A program made the position numbers and the translations under genes. This document shows positions 19,405 through 27,996 of a stretch of DNA of 27,996 nt, one piece after another. How positions within the stretch are numbered: position 1 is the stretch's first letter; each line of letters opens with the position of its first letter. Origin of the DNA: Gammaproteobacteria bacterium (GTDB lineage: Bacteria > Pseudomonadota > Gammaproteobacteria > PS1 > Pseudothioglobaceae); the NCBI GenBank assembly GCA_015658965.1, contig DQNX01000088.1, forward strand, positions 1 through 27,996. Reading direction: 5' to 3'. The notes under the pieces were generated by a model. That model had not been told where the DNA came from. It did no database searches and saw nothing but the letters and a program-made list of their open reading frames with translations.

Positions 19405-20788
19405 TAAACTGCATTAGACGACGTTTTTTAGTCACTTGACGGGCGCTAAGTTCGTTTTTGTTGTCTTTAAAAGGATTTTCTCCACTCTTATATTCGATTC
19501 TAAGCGGTGTATTGGTGAGTTTAAGTGCATTGATAAAGAAATTCTTTAAATAGCGGTCATAAGCATTTGGCACGTTTTGCAGGTGGTTGCCATGGAAAGT
19601 CAGCGTGGGTGGAAATATATCGGTTTGATTGACGTATTTAATCTTTAAACGTCTGCCTTTGACCGGTGGTGGCTGGTGACCGGTATTCGCCCTTTCTAAA
19701 ATTTTGTTTAAGGTTGAAGTGGAGTGCTTTGTACTGGCATTAATATAAGATTTGATAATGGGTGCAAACAGCTTACCCACACCCGAGCCATGCAGGGCTG
19801 AAATATAATGCACGCTGGCGTAGTTTACAAATGATAATTTAACGTCCAGTTTACGTTTAACTTCTGTTTTTTGATATTCGTCCAATCCATCCCATTTATT
19901 GATCGCAATCAGCAGGGCGCGACCTTTGTCAGAAATCATGCCAAGTAGGGTGGCATCTTGCTCGGTAACACCTTCGCGAGCATCAAGTACCAAAATAACC
20001 ACGTGCGAGCGATCCAGTGCATCGATGGCCTTAATGATGGAAAAAATCTCAACTTTTTCATGGGTTGAGCGCTTGCGGCGGATGCCAGCGGTGTCGATTA
20101 GGGTGTATTTTTGATTCTCCCGCTCAAACGGAATATAAATACTGTCCCGTGTTGTGCCTGGCATGTCAATCGCAAGCACGCGTTCTTCACCCAAAATTCG
20201 GTTAATAAGAGTTGATTTACCCACATTGGGTCTGCCCAGTACGGCAACTGCAATGCCTTCAACTTTCTCTTCTTCCTCCAAAGTTGCTTGCGGCAGTAAA
20301 GGCAAGGTGTGATCAATTAAATCATCAATGCCTTGGCCGTGTTCTGCTGAAATTAGAATGGGCTCACCCAGACCTAATTCGTAAAACTCAGCCGCCATGA
20401 CTTCTTTAAGACCTTCAGATTTATTACACACCAGGACAATCTCTTTTTTTAGTCGTCTGAGTCTTGAGGCAATTTCCAGATCAAGACCAATCACACCATC
20501 GCGACTGCTAACAATGAAATAAATAACATCAGACTCTTCCAAGGCATTTAGTACTTGACCTTGTATACCACTATCAATGATGTTGTCATCACCGGTTAGA
20601 CCTCCAGTATCAATAATGGTAACAAAGGTTTCACTGTCGTCATCTAACAAAATTTCAGTGTATTGGCGATCGCGGGTTAAGCCTTCAAAGTCAGACACCA
20701 AAGCTTGGCGCGACTTACTTAAGCGATTAAAGAGTGTGGACTTGCCAACATTTGGTCGTCCAACAAGGGAAATAATAGGTAATCCCAC
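19379..20788 (-). CDS. der: Ribosome biogenesis GTPase Der (EngA)
   Basis: Two G domains (GRPNVGKS twice, DTGG/DTAG, NKSE/NKWD) and a C-terminal KH-like domain with basic tail. Confidence 0.98.
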   Translation of the reverse strand: MGLPIISLVGRPNVGKSTLFNRLSKSRQALVSDFEGLTRDRQYTEILLDDDSETFVTIIDTGGLTGDDNIIDSGIQGQVLNALEESDVIYFIVSSRDGVIGLDLEIASRLRRLKKEIVLVCNKSEGLKEVMAAEFYELGLGEPILISAEHGQGIDDLIDHTLPLLPQATLEEEEKVEGIAVAVLGRPNVGKSTLINRILGEERVLAIDMPGTTRDSIYIPFERENQKYTLIDTAGIRRKRSTHEKVEIFSIIKAIDALDRSHVVILVLDAREGVTEQDATLLGMISDKGRALLIAINKWDGLDEYQKTEVKRKLDVKLSFVNYASVHYISALHGSGVGKLFAPIIKSYINASTKHSTSTLNKILERANTGHQPPPVKGRRLKIKYVNQTDIFPPTLTFHGNHLQNVPNAYDRYLKNFFINALKLTNTPLRIEYKSGENPFKDNKNELSARQVTKKRRLMQFIKKRKKRK

Positions 20789-20800
20789 AATCTGTAAGGG

Positions 20801-21415
20801 TTAGTTAAGGTCGTTGAGTTTAATTTGAATTAAACCTCGCAACTCTGAATCAGTTGATAATTGATTTAACGCTAGTTGGTAGTCCTTTTTAGCAGAGTCG
20901 ATGTTGCCTTGTGCTAAATAGATATCACCTTTAGTGTGATTAAACAAGCCACTAAAAGCTGAATTTTCATCTGGACTAAGGACTGATAAGGCTTGCTCAT
21001 AATTATTCATTTCTAGATAAATGCTGGATAATCTAAGTTTCGCCGTATGTGCGATAAATTCATTTTTAGTATTTAACAAGGGCGATAAATACCCAATTGC
21101 TTGTTGATAATTGCCTTGGTTTACTGCATGTTTTGCCATCATCAATACGGCCTGTTGTGTGTAGCCACTGTCTGCATGATCGCTTTTCAAGTTGGTTAGT
21201 GCTTGTAAATTTGGACTTGAAACGACAGATAAGTAAGCAGAGCGTGCATTAACAGATTGTGTGTGTTGGTAGTTATTATAGTAATCAAAACCCCAGATAG
21301 AGCTTAAGCCTATCACTACACCGGCAACGATTTGAGGGCCATTTTCTTTAAGCCATTTTTTAACTTGTTCAGCTTGTTCGTCTTCGGTTTTGATGACGTC
21401 AATAAAATTCTTCAT
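20801..21415 (-). CDS. yfgM: YfgM-family TPR membrane protein (ancillary SecYEG subunit)
   Basis: EDEQAEQVKKWLKENG N-terminus, single TM, TPR helices ending KGDIYLAQG...IKLNDL; conserved position after hisS. Confidence 0.9.
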   Translation of the reverse strand: MKNFIDVIKTEDEQAEQVKKWLKENGPQIVAGVVIGLSSIWGFDYYNNYQHTQSVNARSAYLSVVSSPNLQALTNLKSDHADSGYTQQAVLMMAKHAVNQGNYQQAIGYLSPLLNTKNEFIAHTAKLRLSSIYLEMNNYEQALSVLSPDENSAFSGLFNHTKGDIYLAQGNIDSAKKDYQLALNQLSTDSELRGLIQIKLNDLN

Positions 21416-21424
21416 ACTTTTCTC

Positions 21425-22687
21425 TTAATTTTTAAAATATTGTATCGCCTCTTCTAGGCTCATGGTTTGTTGTTCGCCTTGACCTTTGAGTGGTTTAATA
21501 GCGATTTGATTGTTTTGTACTTCTTCTTCACCTAGAATTAAAGCGTAGTCAGCGTTGGCTTTATCTGCTTTTTTAAATTGTGCTTTAAAACTACCCAAAG
21601 TCAGGTCATTATAAAGTATTGCTTTTGGTAATGCACGGTGCAGTTTATCAGAAATTTGCATAGATTTAAGCTGAGAATTATCGCCTAATGCAACTAAATA
21701 GATTGACAAAGCTGGCCCTCCCAGTGTAATTTCTTGTGCTTCTAATAATAAAATTAAACGTTCTAATCCTAGGGCAAAACCAACGGCGGGGGTTTGCTTG
21801 CCACCCATTTTTTCAACCAAGCCATCATAGCGACCACCTGCACAGATTGTACCTTGTGAGCCTAAATCGGTTGTTGTCCATTCAAACACGGTTCGGTTGT
21901 AATAATCTAACCCCCTAACCAGGCGTGTATTGATGATGTAGGGAATATTTAAGCATTCTAGGTACGCTTTAAACTCATCAAAGTGTTGGGCTGATTCGTC
22001 ATCTAAATAATCCATCAGTTTGGGTGCGGCGTCAATCAAAGACTGCATGTCTTTATTTTTACTATCCAGAATTCGTAAAGGATTGGTTGACAAGCGTCTT
22101 GTTGAGTCCTCATCAAGTTGGTCTTTGTACTGGCTAAAATAATCAACCAATACAGATCTATAGTTGGCTCTTGCTTCGGATGAGCCCAAAGTATTGATTT
22201 CTAAAGTTAGGTTTTTTAAGCCCAGAGATTGCCATAACGAATGGGTCATGGCCATTAATTCTGCATCTATTTTGGCATTGTCAGCACCAAACACTTCAAC
22301 GCCAATTTGGTGAAATTGACGGTATCGGCCTTTTTGTGGTCGCTCGTGTCTAAACATGGCGCCCTGATAAAAAACTTTTTGAATACCTTCTCTGGGTAAG
22401 TTGTGTTCAATCATGGCGCGTACACAGCCGGCAGTACCTTCAGGTCTAAGGCTTAAGCTGTCACCATTTGATTCTTTCCATGAGTACATTTCTTTTTCAA
22501 CAATATCCGTTGCTTCGCCAATGGCACGACAAAAAGTATCAGTTTTTTCAACGATAGGTGTGCGAATATTTTTAAAACCATACGAGATAAACAAATTAAA
22601 AATTGTTTTTTCTAACGACAACCAAAGTTCAGAATCTTTTGGCAGTAAGTCGTTCATTCCTCGAATGGCTTGAATCTTATTAGACAT
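21425..22687 (-). CDS. hisS: Histidine--tRNA ligase
   Basis: RGMND, LRPEGTA, FRHERPQKGRYRQF, LVRGLDYY, GGRYDGL motifs. Confidence 0.99.
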   Translation of the reverse strand: MSNKIQAIRGMNDLLPKDSELWLSLEKTIFNLFISYGFKNIRTPIVEKTDTFCRAIGEATDIVEKEMYSWKESNGDSLSLRPEGTAGCVRAMIEHNLPREGIQKVFYQGAMFRHERPQKGRYRQFHQIGVEVFGADNAKIDAELMAMTHSLWQSLGLKNLTLEINTLGSSEARANYRSVLVDYFSQYKDQLDEDSTRRLSTNPLRILDSKNKDMQSLIDAAPKLMDYLDDESAQHFDEFKAYLECLNIPYIINTRLVRGLDYYNRTVFEWTTTDLGSQGTICAGGRYDGLVEKMGGKQTPAVGFALGLERLILLLEAQEITLGGPALSIYLVALGDNSQLKSMQISDKLHRALPKAILYNDLTLGSFKAQFKKADKANADYALILGEEEVQNNQIAIKPLKGQGEQQTMSLEEAIQYFKN

Positions 22688-22804
22688 AGACTTATTTGAT
22701 GGAATAGTTAAGTTATTTTACCCATGAATAAGCGTGGATTTAATTCGATTTATTCCTAGATATTTTTAGACCCAAGCCCAGCTTAGATCTAAAATAATAT
22801 TAAT

Positions 22805-23707
22805 TTATTCGTTGGTAATACCACTAGGAACATGTCCGGTTGGTACGTATTGAGAGGCTGATTGACAATGCTTATGCTGGTCGTCAAAGAAAATATCAGC
22901 GCCAAATTCTTTTAAGAAGATGCCCTTATCAAGCCCGCCTAAAAAGAACGACTCGTCAATACGAATACCCCATTTGCGCATCGTATGAATAACACGCTTG
23001 TGCGAAGGGGCAGAACGCGCGGTAACTAAGGCGGTTCGGATTGGATTATTTTCTATTGGAAAATCAGATTGAATTTTATGTAATGATTTTAAAAAACATT
23101 TAAAAGGTCCTGCTTTGAGCTCGATATTAGCTGAATTACGCTCATTTTCTTCAAAGGCTTCTATGCCTTTTTCTTGATATATTTTTTCAGCCTCATCTGA
23201 AAATATAACGGCATCTCCATCAAAAGCAATGCGTAATTGCGCGTCATCAGAGTTGTTTGAGCTAGAACCAACAATAGAGGCGGCTGCAAAACCTGACTCC
23301 AGTGCTTTTTGCACATCCTGATAATTGCTGGATAAGAATAAGTCAGCTTCAAAAGCGCCTACCAAGTTGTGCGTACTTTCTCCTCTAGTGAAGGCAGCAC
23401 GCGAGATATTAAGGCCGTAATGTTCGATCGAATTAAAAATACGCAAACCCGTGTCTGCGCTATTTCTAGATAACAAGATAACATCAATGGGATTTTTTTT
23501 GGTATTTAGCGCCAGTAGTTTTTTAACCAATGAAAAGCCAACACCTGGTTTTAAAATAATTTCCTCATTTTCTTCTTGGTGTTGGGCATACGCCTCAACG
23601 CCATGTTCTTTAAAAATCTGATGCGATTCATCAAGATCAAATAAAGCCCTTGATGAAATTGCAATGACTAATTTTCCCTTAGCCTTGGGATCTACAGCAT
23701 CTGCCAT
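22805..23707 (-). CDS. 5'-nucleotidase (cN-I-like family)
   Basis: IAISSRALFDL, LRIAFDGDAVIFSDE, LVTARSAP, IFFDDQ motifs. Confidence 0.9.
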   Translation of the reverse strand: MADAVDPKAKGKLVIAISSRALFDLDESHQIFKEHGVEAYAQHQEENEEIILKPGVGFSLVKKLLALNTKKNPIDVILLSRNSADTGLRIFNSIEHYGLNISRAAFTRGESTHNLVGAFEADLFLSSNYQDVQKALESGFAAASIVGSSSNNSDDAQLRIAFDGDAVIFSDEAEKIYQEKGIEAFEENERNSANIELKAGPFKCFLKSLHKIQSDFPIENNPIRTALVTARSAPSHKRVIHTMRKWGIRIDESFFLGGLDKGIFLKEFGADIFFDDQHKHCQSASQYVPTGHVPSGITNE

Positions 23708-24156
23708 GATTTTCCTTGATATTTACCCAAACAGTAGTCCAGCCAATTTTCGATAAAAGTGTTTAATTCCCATTGTATATTCATATCACTGCATTGTGCT
23801 AGATAGGGGTGAGAACTGTTGAGTATAGTCTCATTACAGACTGAAATCACTTCCAAAAGTTTTGCATCAAAATAAATTTTAAATTTGATATCAGGTCGAT
23901 TGATTAAACCAGAAGGGGCATCGAGTTGATGAGTGAGGATATAGGTGCCTGTATAAGGCGTTGTTTCTTCAACAAATAGGTAAAGATCATTTTCACTATC
24001 ATGTTTAATCATACTGCTATAAGTTGTTTGTTTTAATAGCGGGATGAGTTTTAGTATCTTTTGATAATTCAGCTCAAACAATTGCGATACCTCGGAGTAG
24101 GTTTTCGGATTTTGTTGATTGTATAAAGATCTAAGAAAATTGTCTTCTATAGCCAT
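23692..24156 (-). CDS. yqiB: DUF1249 / YqiB-family protein
   Basis: E.NY..I.KLIP, EETTPYT, IYFDAKLLEV and LNTFIENWLDYCL match the pattern I recall for YqiB; adjacent to cpdA as in enterobacteria. Confidence 0.75.
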   Translation of the reverse strand: MAIEDNFLRSLYNQQNPKTYSEVSQLFELNYQKILKLIPLLKQTTYSSMIKHDSENDLYLFVEETTPYTGTYILTHQLDAPSGLINRPDIKFKIYFDAKLLEVISVCNETILNSSHPYLAQCSDMNIQWELNTFIENWLDYCLGKYQGKSWQML

Positions 24157-24845
24157 TGTGTGTCGTAGTCTAGTTGACCATTGTCATGTAGGGTGTAATG
24201 GTTAAAGCCAATTCTGCTTTCATTATTAAACTGCAATGCAGTTGATGGGCATGAAATAATTCTTATATTGTCTTGACTAAATTCAGCCGCTTCATGTGCA
24301 TGGCCAAATAATACAGCTTGTATTTTAGGGTATTTAACCAGCACTTCAAAGAGATCTTTTGGATTTTCTAAAGAGAGTGAGTCATCCCAATTACTGTTCA
24401 TGGGTACGATGGGGTGATGCAAAACCACTAAGTTGTATTTAGCATTAGAATTTTTAAGGCGTTTATCCAGCTCAATTAATGCTTGGCGAGTTAAGTAACC
24501 ACTGGTTTTATCCACTTGTACTGAATCAACGCTTATGACTTCCCAAACCCCTAAGCTAAACTGATTAAATAAATTTTTATTAAAGACAGTGCTCAGGTTG
24601 TTAGCATCATCATGGTTGCCCGAAAGGATAAAAATATCTGACTGAATGGGCGTAAGAATGTGTTTTAATATTTCATACGATTTTACTGTGCCATTGTGTG
24701 CCAAATCGCCACTAATGAGTAGAGCATCAGACTTAACAGTCGATATTTGTTTGATAATGTTTGTTAGATTCTGATGGCTATTAACCCCCATTGACAGTTC
24801 ACTGTCGCCAATATGACAATCACTAATTTGAATAAGGTGATTCAT
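24147..24845 (-). CDS. cpdA: CpdA/Icc-like metallophosphoesterase (cyclic nucleotide phosphodiesterase)
   Basis: All five calcineurin-like motifs present: SDCH, GDLAH, GNHDD, LHHP, FGHAH. Confidence 0.82.
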   Translation of the reverse strand: MNHLIQISDCHIGDSELSMGVNSHQNLTNIIKQISTVKSDALLISGDLAHNGTVKSYEILKHILTPIQSDIFILSGNHDDANNLSTVFNKNLFNQFSLGVWEVISVDSVQVDKTSGYLTRQALIELDKRLKNSNAKYNLVVLHHPIVPMNSNWDDSLSLENPKDLFEVLVKYPKIQAVLFGHAHEAAEFSQDNIRIISCPSTALQFNNESRIGFNHYTLHDNGQLDYDTQWL

Positions 24846-25891
24846 GTGGCGCTAATAAATTTCACACGATTGCTCACATTGGTTAATAACTCATAGCTGA
24901 TTGTATCACTGTATTTTGCCACTGTTTCAACACGAAGTTTTTTATCGCCCCATAATATGGCATTGTCCCCAACGCTAACTTGTGTGTCTCCAATGTCGAC
25001 GCAGATCATATCCATCGATACACGACCGACTAACGCACACAAGCTGTTGTTAATCAGTACGGGTGTTCCATTTTTAGCGTGCCTAGGATAGCCATCACCA
25101 TAGCCAATACCAATAATGGCTATGCTGGTTTTTTGATCGGCCACCCAAGTTGCCCCATAACCCACCGACTCGCCGGCATGGATGATTTTGACCGACATCA
25201 CGGGTGCAGATAATTGCATCACCGGCTTAAGGCCGGCCTTGTTTTTTTCAAACGGTGAGGCACCATACAGCATTATGCCAGGACGTACAAAATCAAAAAT
25301 CGCTTGTGTTTGAGTGAGAATGGCTGCAGAATTTGCCATAGAGCGCTTTGTTGTCGAGCTTGTTAGTTCGTTAAAGTGGTTGAGTTGCGTTGTATTCATG
25401 GGGTGATTGACTTCATCAGCACAAGCAAAATGACTCATGACACATTCAATGTTAATCAATGGATTGGCTTGTAAGTTTGAAAGGCAATCCGCGTATTCTT
25501 GGCTAGACAATCCTAGTCGGTGCATGCCAGTATCAATTTTTAACCAAATATTAACGGCTTGCTGAGTATGGTTAATAAATGCTATTTGTGTTGCATGATG
25601 CACAACAATAGAACAATTTAAATCAATCGCACACTGTAATTCATCTTCTGAATAAATACCAGATAAAAGCAAAATTGGTTTATCGGTTTTTGTTCTTAAT
25701 TTGAGTACTTCTGACAACTCACTTACTGCCAATAGGTCGGACCCATCGATTAAGGGCTGTATTAACTCAAGCTGATGCCCGTAGGCATTGGCCTTGACCA
25801 TCGAGACAACGTTTGCTTTTGGCGCAAAACTGTTAACGATTGATAAGTTATGGGCAAGTGCGGATTGTGAAATTGAGGCGCTGGCGTACAT
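24842..25891 (-). CDS. alr: Alanine racemase
   Basis: VKANAYGH PLP lysine, KIDTGMHRLG, SHFACAD, VRPGIMLYG, VGYGATW, GRVSMD. Confidence 0.97.
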   Translation of the reverse strand: MYASASISQSALAHNLSIVNSFAPKANVVSMVKANAYGHQLELIQPLIDGSDLLAVSELSEVLKLRTKTDKPILLLSGIYSEDELQCAIDLNCSIVVHHATQIAFINHTQQAVNIWLKIDTGMHRLGLSSQEYADCLSNLQANPLINIECVMSHFACADEVNHPMNTTQLNHFNELTSSTTKRSMANSAAILTQTQAIFDFVRPGIMLYGASPFEKNKAGLKPVMQLSAPVMSVKIIHAGESVGYGATWVADQKTSIAIIGIGYGDGYPRHAKNGTPVLINNSLCALVGRVSMDMICVDIGDTQVSVGDNAILWGDKKLRVETVAKYSDTISYELLTNVSNRVKFISAT

Positions 25892-25912
25892 GGTTATGCC
25901 CGAGTCAATAAG

Positions 25913-27358
25913 TTAGAAGGGCTCTTTGTCAAAATTGGCCATATTATTCAGATAGGCGGCATCCATTTGTTCATCAGGCATGCCTTGGAATTGATTTTCA
26001 TTGGCCAAATCTTCAAAGCGCGTGTATTGACCAATCCATGCAAGTTTGATACCGCCCGTTTCACCGTTTCTGTGCTTGACTATTTTTAAATCTGCCTTGC
26101 CCACTTCTTCAGGGTTGGAATAGGTTTCATCATGATATTGCTCGTCTCGATAAACAAAACCAATAATATCCGCATCTTGCTCAATAGAGCCAGATTCACG
26201 CAGATCAGACATTTGTGGCATGCGTCCTTTATTCGCTTTAGGGCGGGATTCTACACCACGATTTAGCTGAGATAATGCAATAACAGGCACGCTAATTTCT
26301 TTAGCCAGTGCTTTGAGTGAGCGAGAAATTTCCGATATTTCTTGCACTCTGTTTTCACTCTTACCATGGACGGTCATCAACTGTAAATAATCCACCATAA
26401 TTAACGATAAATCAGGATATTGTCTTTTAATACGGCGCGCTTTGGCGCGTATTTCAGTTGGGGTGATTGAAGGTGTTTCATCAATGAGAATGTTGTTTTG
26501 TTCCATCGCTCTGACCGCATGATTAAAACTATTCCAGTCAGTTTCTGTCATTTCTCCCGCACGAATTTTTTTGCTATCAATGTGTCCAAATGAAGAAATC
26601 ATTCGCAATATTAGGGCTTCAGTAGGCATTTCTAAAGAGAAAACTAATACAGGCTTGTTTTGCTCTATGGCAACATTGCCAACAATATTCATGGCAAGCG
26701 CGGTTTTCCCCATGGAAGGACGCCCTGCAATAATAATTAAATCACCATTTTGTAAACCGGAGGTGAGTTTGTCGAATTCTCTAAAGCCTGTTTCTAAGCC
26801 TGTTAGTGAGCCCTTACTGTCTGCCCATTCTTGAACTAGGTTAGTCACATTTTTAGTGATATCTTTAACGTTGACGACGTCTTGTTTTCCACGCGTAATT
26901 TGTTCGGCGATTTGAAATATTTTTCTCTCAGACAGGTCAATTAACTCTTGCACTTTAATATCTTTTGGTCGGTAAGCAGAGTCAGCAATTTCATGGCTAA
27001 CTACAATAAGTTGCCGATAGACAGAAAGCTCACGGATGTGTTTTGCATAAGCGCCAATATTTGAAATACTCGGTGTGTTTTCAGCAATTTGTGTTAAATA
27101 GGTAAAGCCACCAACCGCTTCTTCTTCGCCGGTTTTTTTTAGTTGCTCTTTGACGGTTAAAACATCAGCGGGCTGATCGTGCTCTAAAAGTAGGGCGATC
27201 GCATTAAAAATAAGCCGATGAGAGGCGTTATAAAAATCGTTAGTCGTTAGTGCGTCAGCCACTTGCTCCCAAGCCTCATTATGCAGTAACAATCCGCCCA
27301 GTACAGATTGCTCTGATTCAAGTGAATTTGGCGGTATATTGGCGTTTTCGATGTTCAT
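25913..27358 (-). CDS. dnaB: Replicative DNA helicase
   Basis: PPNSLESEQSVLG, AGRPSMGKT, VDYLQLM, LSQLNR, SDLRESGSIEQDAD; 481 aa, no intein. Confidence 0.99.
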   Translation of the reverse strand: MNIENANIPPNSLESEQSVLGGLLLHNEAWEQVADALTTNDFYNASHRLIFNAIALLLEHDQPADVLTVKEQLKKTGEEEAVGGFTYLTQIAENTPSISNIGAYAKHIRELSVYRQLIVVSHEIADSAYRPKDIKVQELIDLSERKIFQIAEQITRGKQDVVNVKDITKNVTNLVQEWADSKGSLTGLETGFREFDKLTSGLQNGDLIIIAGRPSMGKTALAMNIVGNVAIEQNKPVLVFSLEMPTEALILRMISSFGHIDSKKIRAGEMTETDWNSFNHAVRAMEQNNILIDETPSITPTEIRAKARRIKRQYPDLSLIMVDYLQLMTVHGKSENRVQEISEISRSLKALAKEISVPVIALSQLNRGVESRPKANKGRMPQMSDLRESGSIEQDADIIGFVYRDEQYHDETYSNPEEVGKADLKIVKHRNGETGGIKLAWIGQYTRFEDLANENQFQGMPDEQMDAAYLNNMANFDKEPF

Positions 27359-27376
27359 ATGCGTTGTTCAGATAAT

Positions 27377-27401
27377 AAAAAAACCCTCTTTCGAGGGTTT
27401 T
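27377..27401 (-). terminator. Rho-independent terminator after rplI
   Basis: Minus strand AAAACCCTC-GAAA-GAGGGTTTT then TTTATT: perfect 9-bp stem, GNRA loop, U tract. Confidence 0.88.
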
Positions 27402-27434
27402 AATTTTAACGCAGTTTTTAAGTTAAAAGGTTAA

Positions 27435-27890
27435 TTATTCTTCATCTTCTGAAGCTTCAACCACCACTTTAACAGCAACGTTAATATCGGTGTGTAAACT
27501 CACACTAATATCGTATTCGCCAATATGGCGAATTGCCTCTGGCATGTTAACATCGCGCTTTTCAACATCATAACCGCTAGCGGCCAAATTAGCAACAATA
27601 TCGGCTGTGCCAATAGAGCCAAACAGTTTGCCTTCATCGCCAGCGTTTGCTGTAATAGTACAAACAACACCTGACATTGTCTCTGCCTTGGCTTGTGCAT
27701 CTTTCAATGCTAATGCTTCTTTGGCTTGCAAATCAGCTTTTATGACTTCAAACTCAGCTAGGTTAGCCGTTGTTGCTGGTTTAGCCTTGCCTTGTGGGAT
27801 TAAAAAATTACGAGCATAGCCTGATTTAACGTTAGCTAAATCACCTAAGCCACCTAATTTACCAATTTTTTCTAATAAAATTACTTGCAT
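27435..27890 (-). CDS. rplI: 50S ribosomal protein L9
   Basis: MQVILLEKI.KLG.LGD...VK.GYARNFLIPQGKA, GKLFGSI; AGGAG RBS. Confidence 0.99.
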   Translation of the reverse strand: MQVILLEKIGKLGGLGDLANVKSGYARNFLIPQGKAKPATTANLAEFEVIKADLQAKEALALKDAQAKAETMSGVVCTITANAGDEGKLFGSIGTADIVANLAASGYDVEKRDVNMPEAIRHIGEYDISVSLHTDINVAVKVVVEASEDEE

Positions 27891-27899
27891 GATTAGCTC

Positions 27900-27996
27900 C
27901 TATTTCTTGTGCTTGTCAGTGTAAGGAATCAATGCTAAAAATCTAGCTCTTTTGATTGCAGTGGTTAGTTGACGCTGGAACTTAGCACTGGTGCCA
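27900..27996 (-). CDS. rpsR: 30S ribosomal protein S18, 3' end (partial)
   Basis: Not in the ORF track. Minus strand translates [31 protein letters not shown], directly upstream of rplI. Confidence 0.96.
   Translation of the reverse strand, partial: GTSAKFQRQLTTAIKRARFLALIPYTDKHKK

Noticed and set aside
25913-27358. Intein or unusual insertion in DnaB
   Set aside because: Length is normal at 481 aa and helicase motifs are contiguous; only a small loop insertion and an acidic tail are present.

Overview
AT-rich, very compact gammaproteobacterial chromosome segment; many genes abut or overlap by 1-26 nt. Gene content and streamlining resemble a chemolithoautotroph of the SUP05/Thioglobus-symbiont type, which is inference and cannot be confirmed from this window. 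Left to right: (1) a nitrate-assimilation cluster: the 3' end of a probable Ser/Thr kinase(-phosphatase), nirB, nirD, a 734-aa NasA/NarB-type Mo-bisPGD nitrate reductase and a fused DmsB-like 4x[4Fe-4S]/DmsC-like membrane anchor; (2) a minus-strand redoxin-ung-pdxB unit; (3) a plus-strand run of tpm, a membrane-tailed cold-shock-domain protein, an SLT lipoprotein, a Rieske ferredoxin and a TrpD2-like protein; (4) a ThDP enzyme plus aldehyde dehydrogenase pair; (5) housekeeping genes msbA, pyrG, a Cys-rich hypothetical, der, yfgM, hisS, 5'-nucleotidase, yqiB, cpdA, alr, dnaB, rplI and partial rpsR. No tRNA, rRNA, CRISPR array or mobile element was recognised. The two best leads are a putative membrane-anchored, quinol-fed assimilatory nitrate reductase and a putative 2-oxoglutarate decarboxylase/succinic semialdehyde dehydrogenase bypass of the TCA cycle. 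All family assignments are from motif recognition, not database searches.
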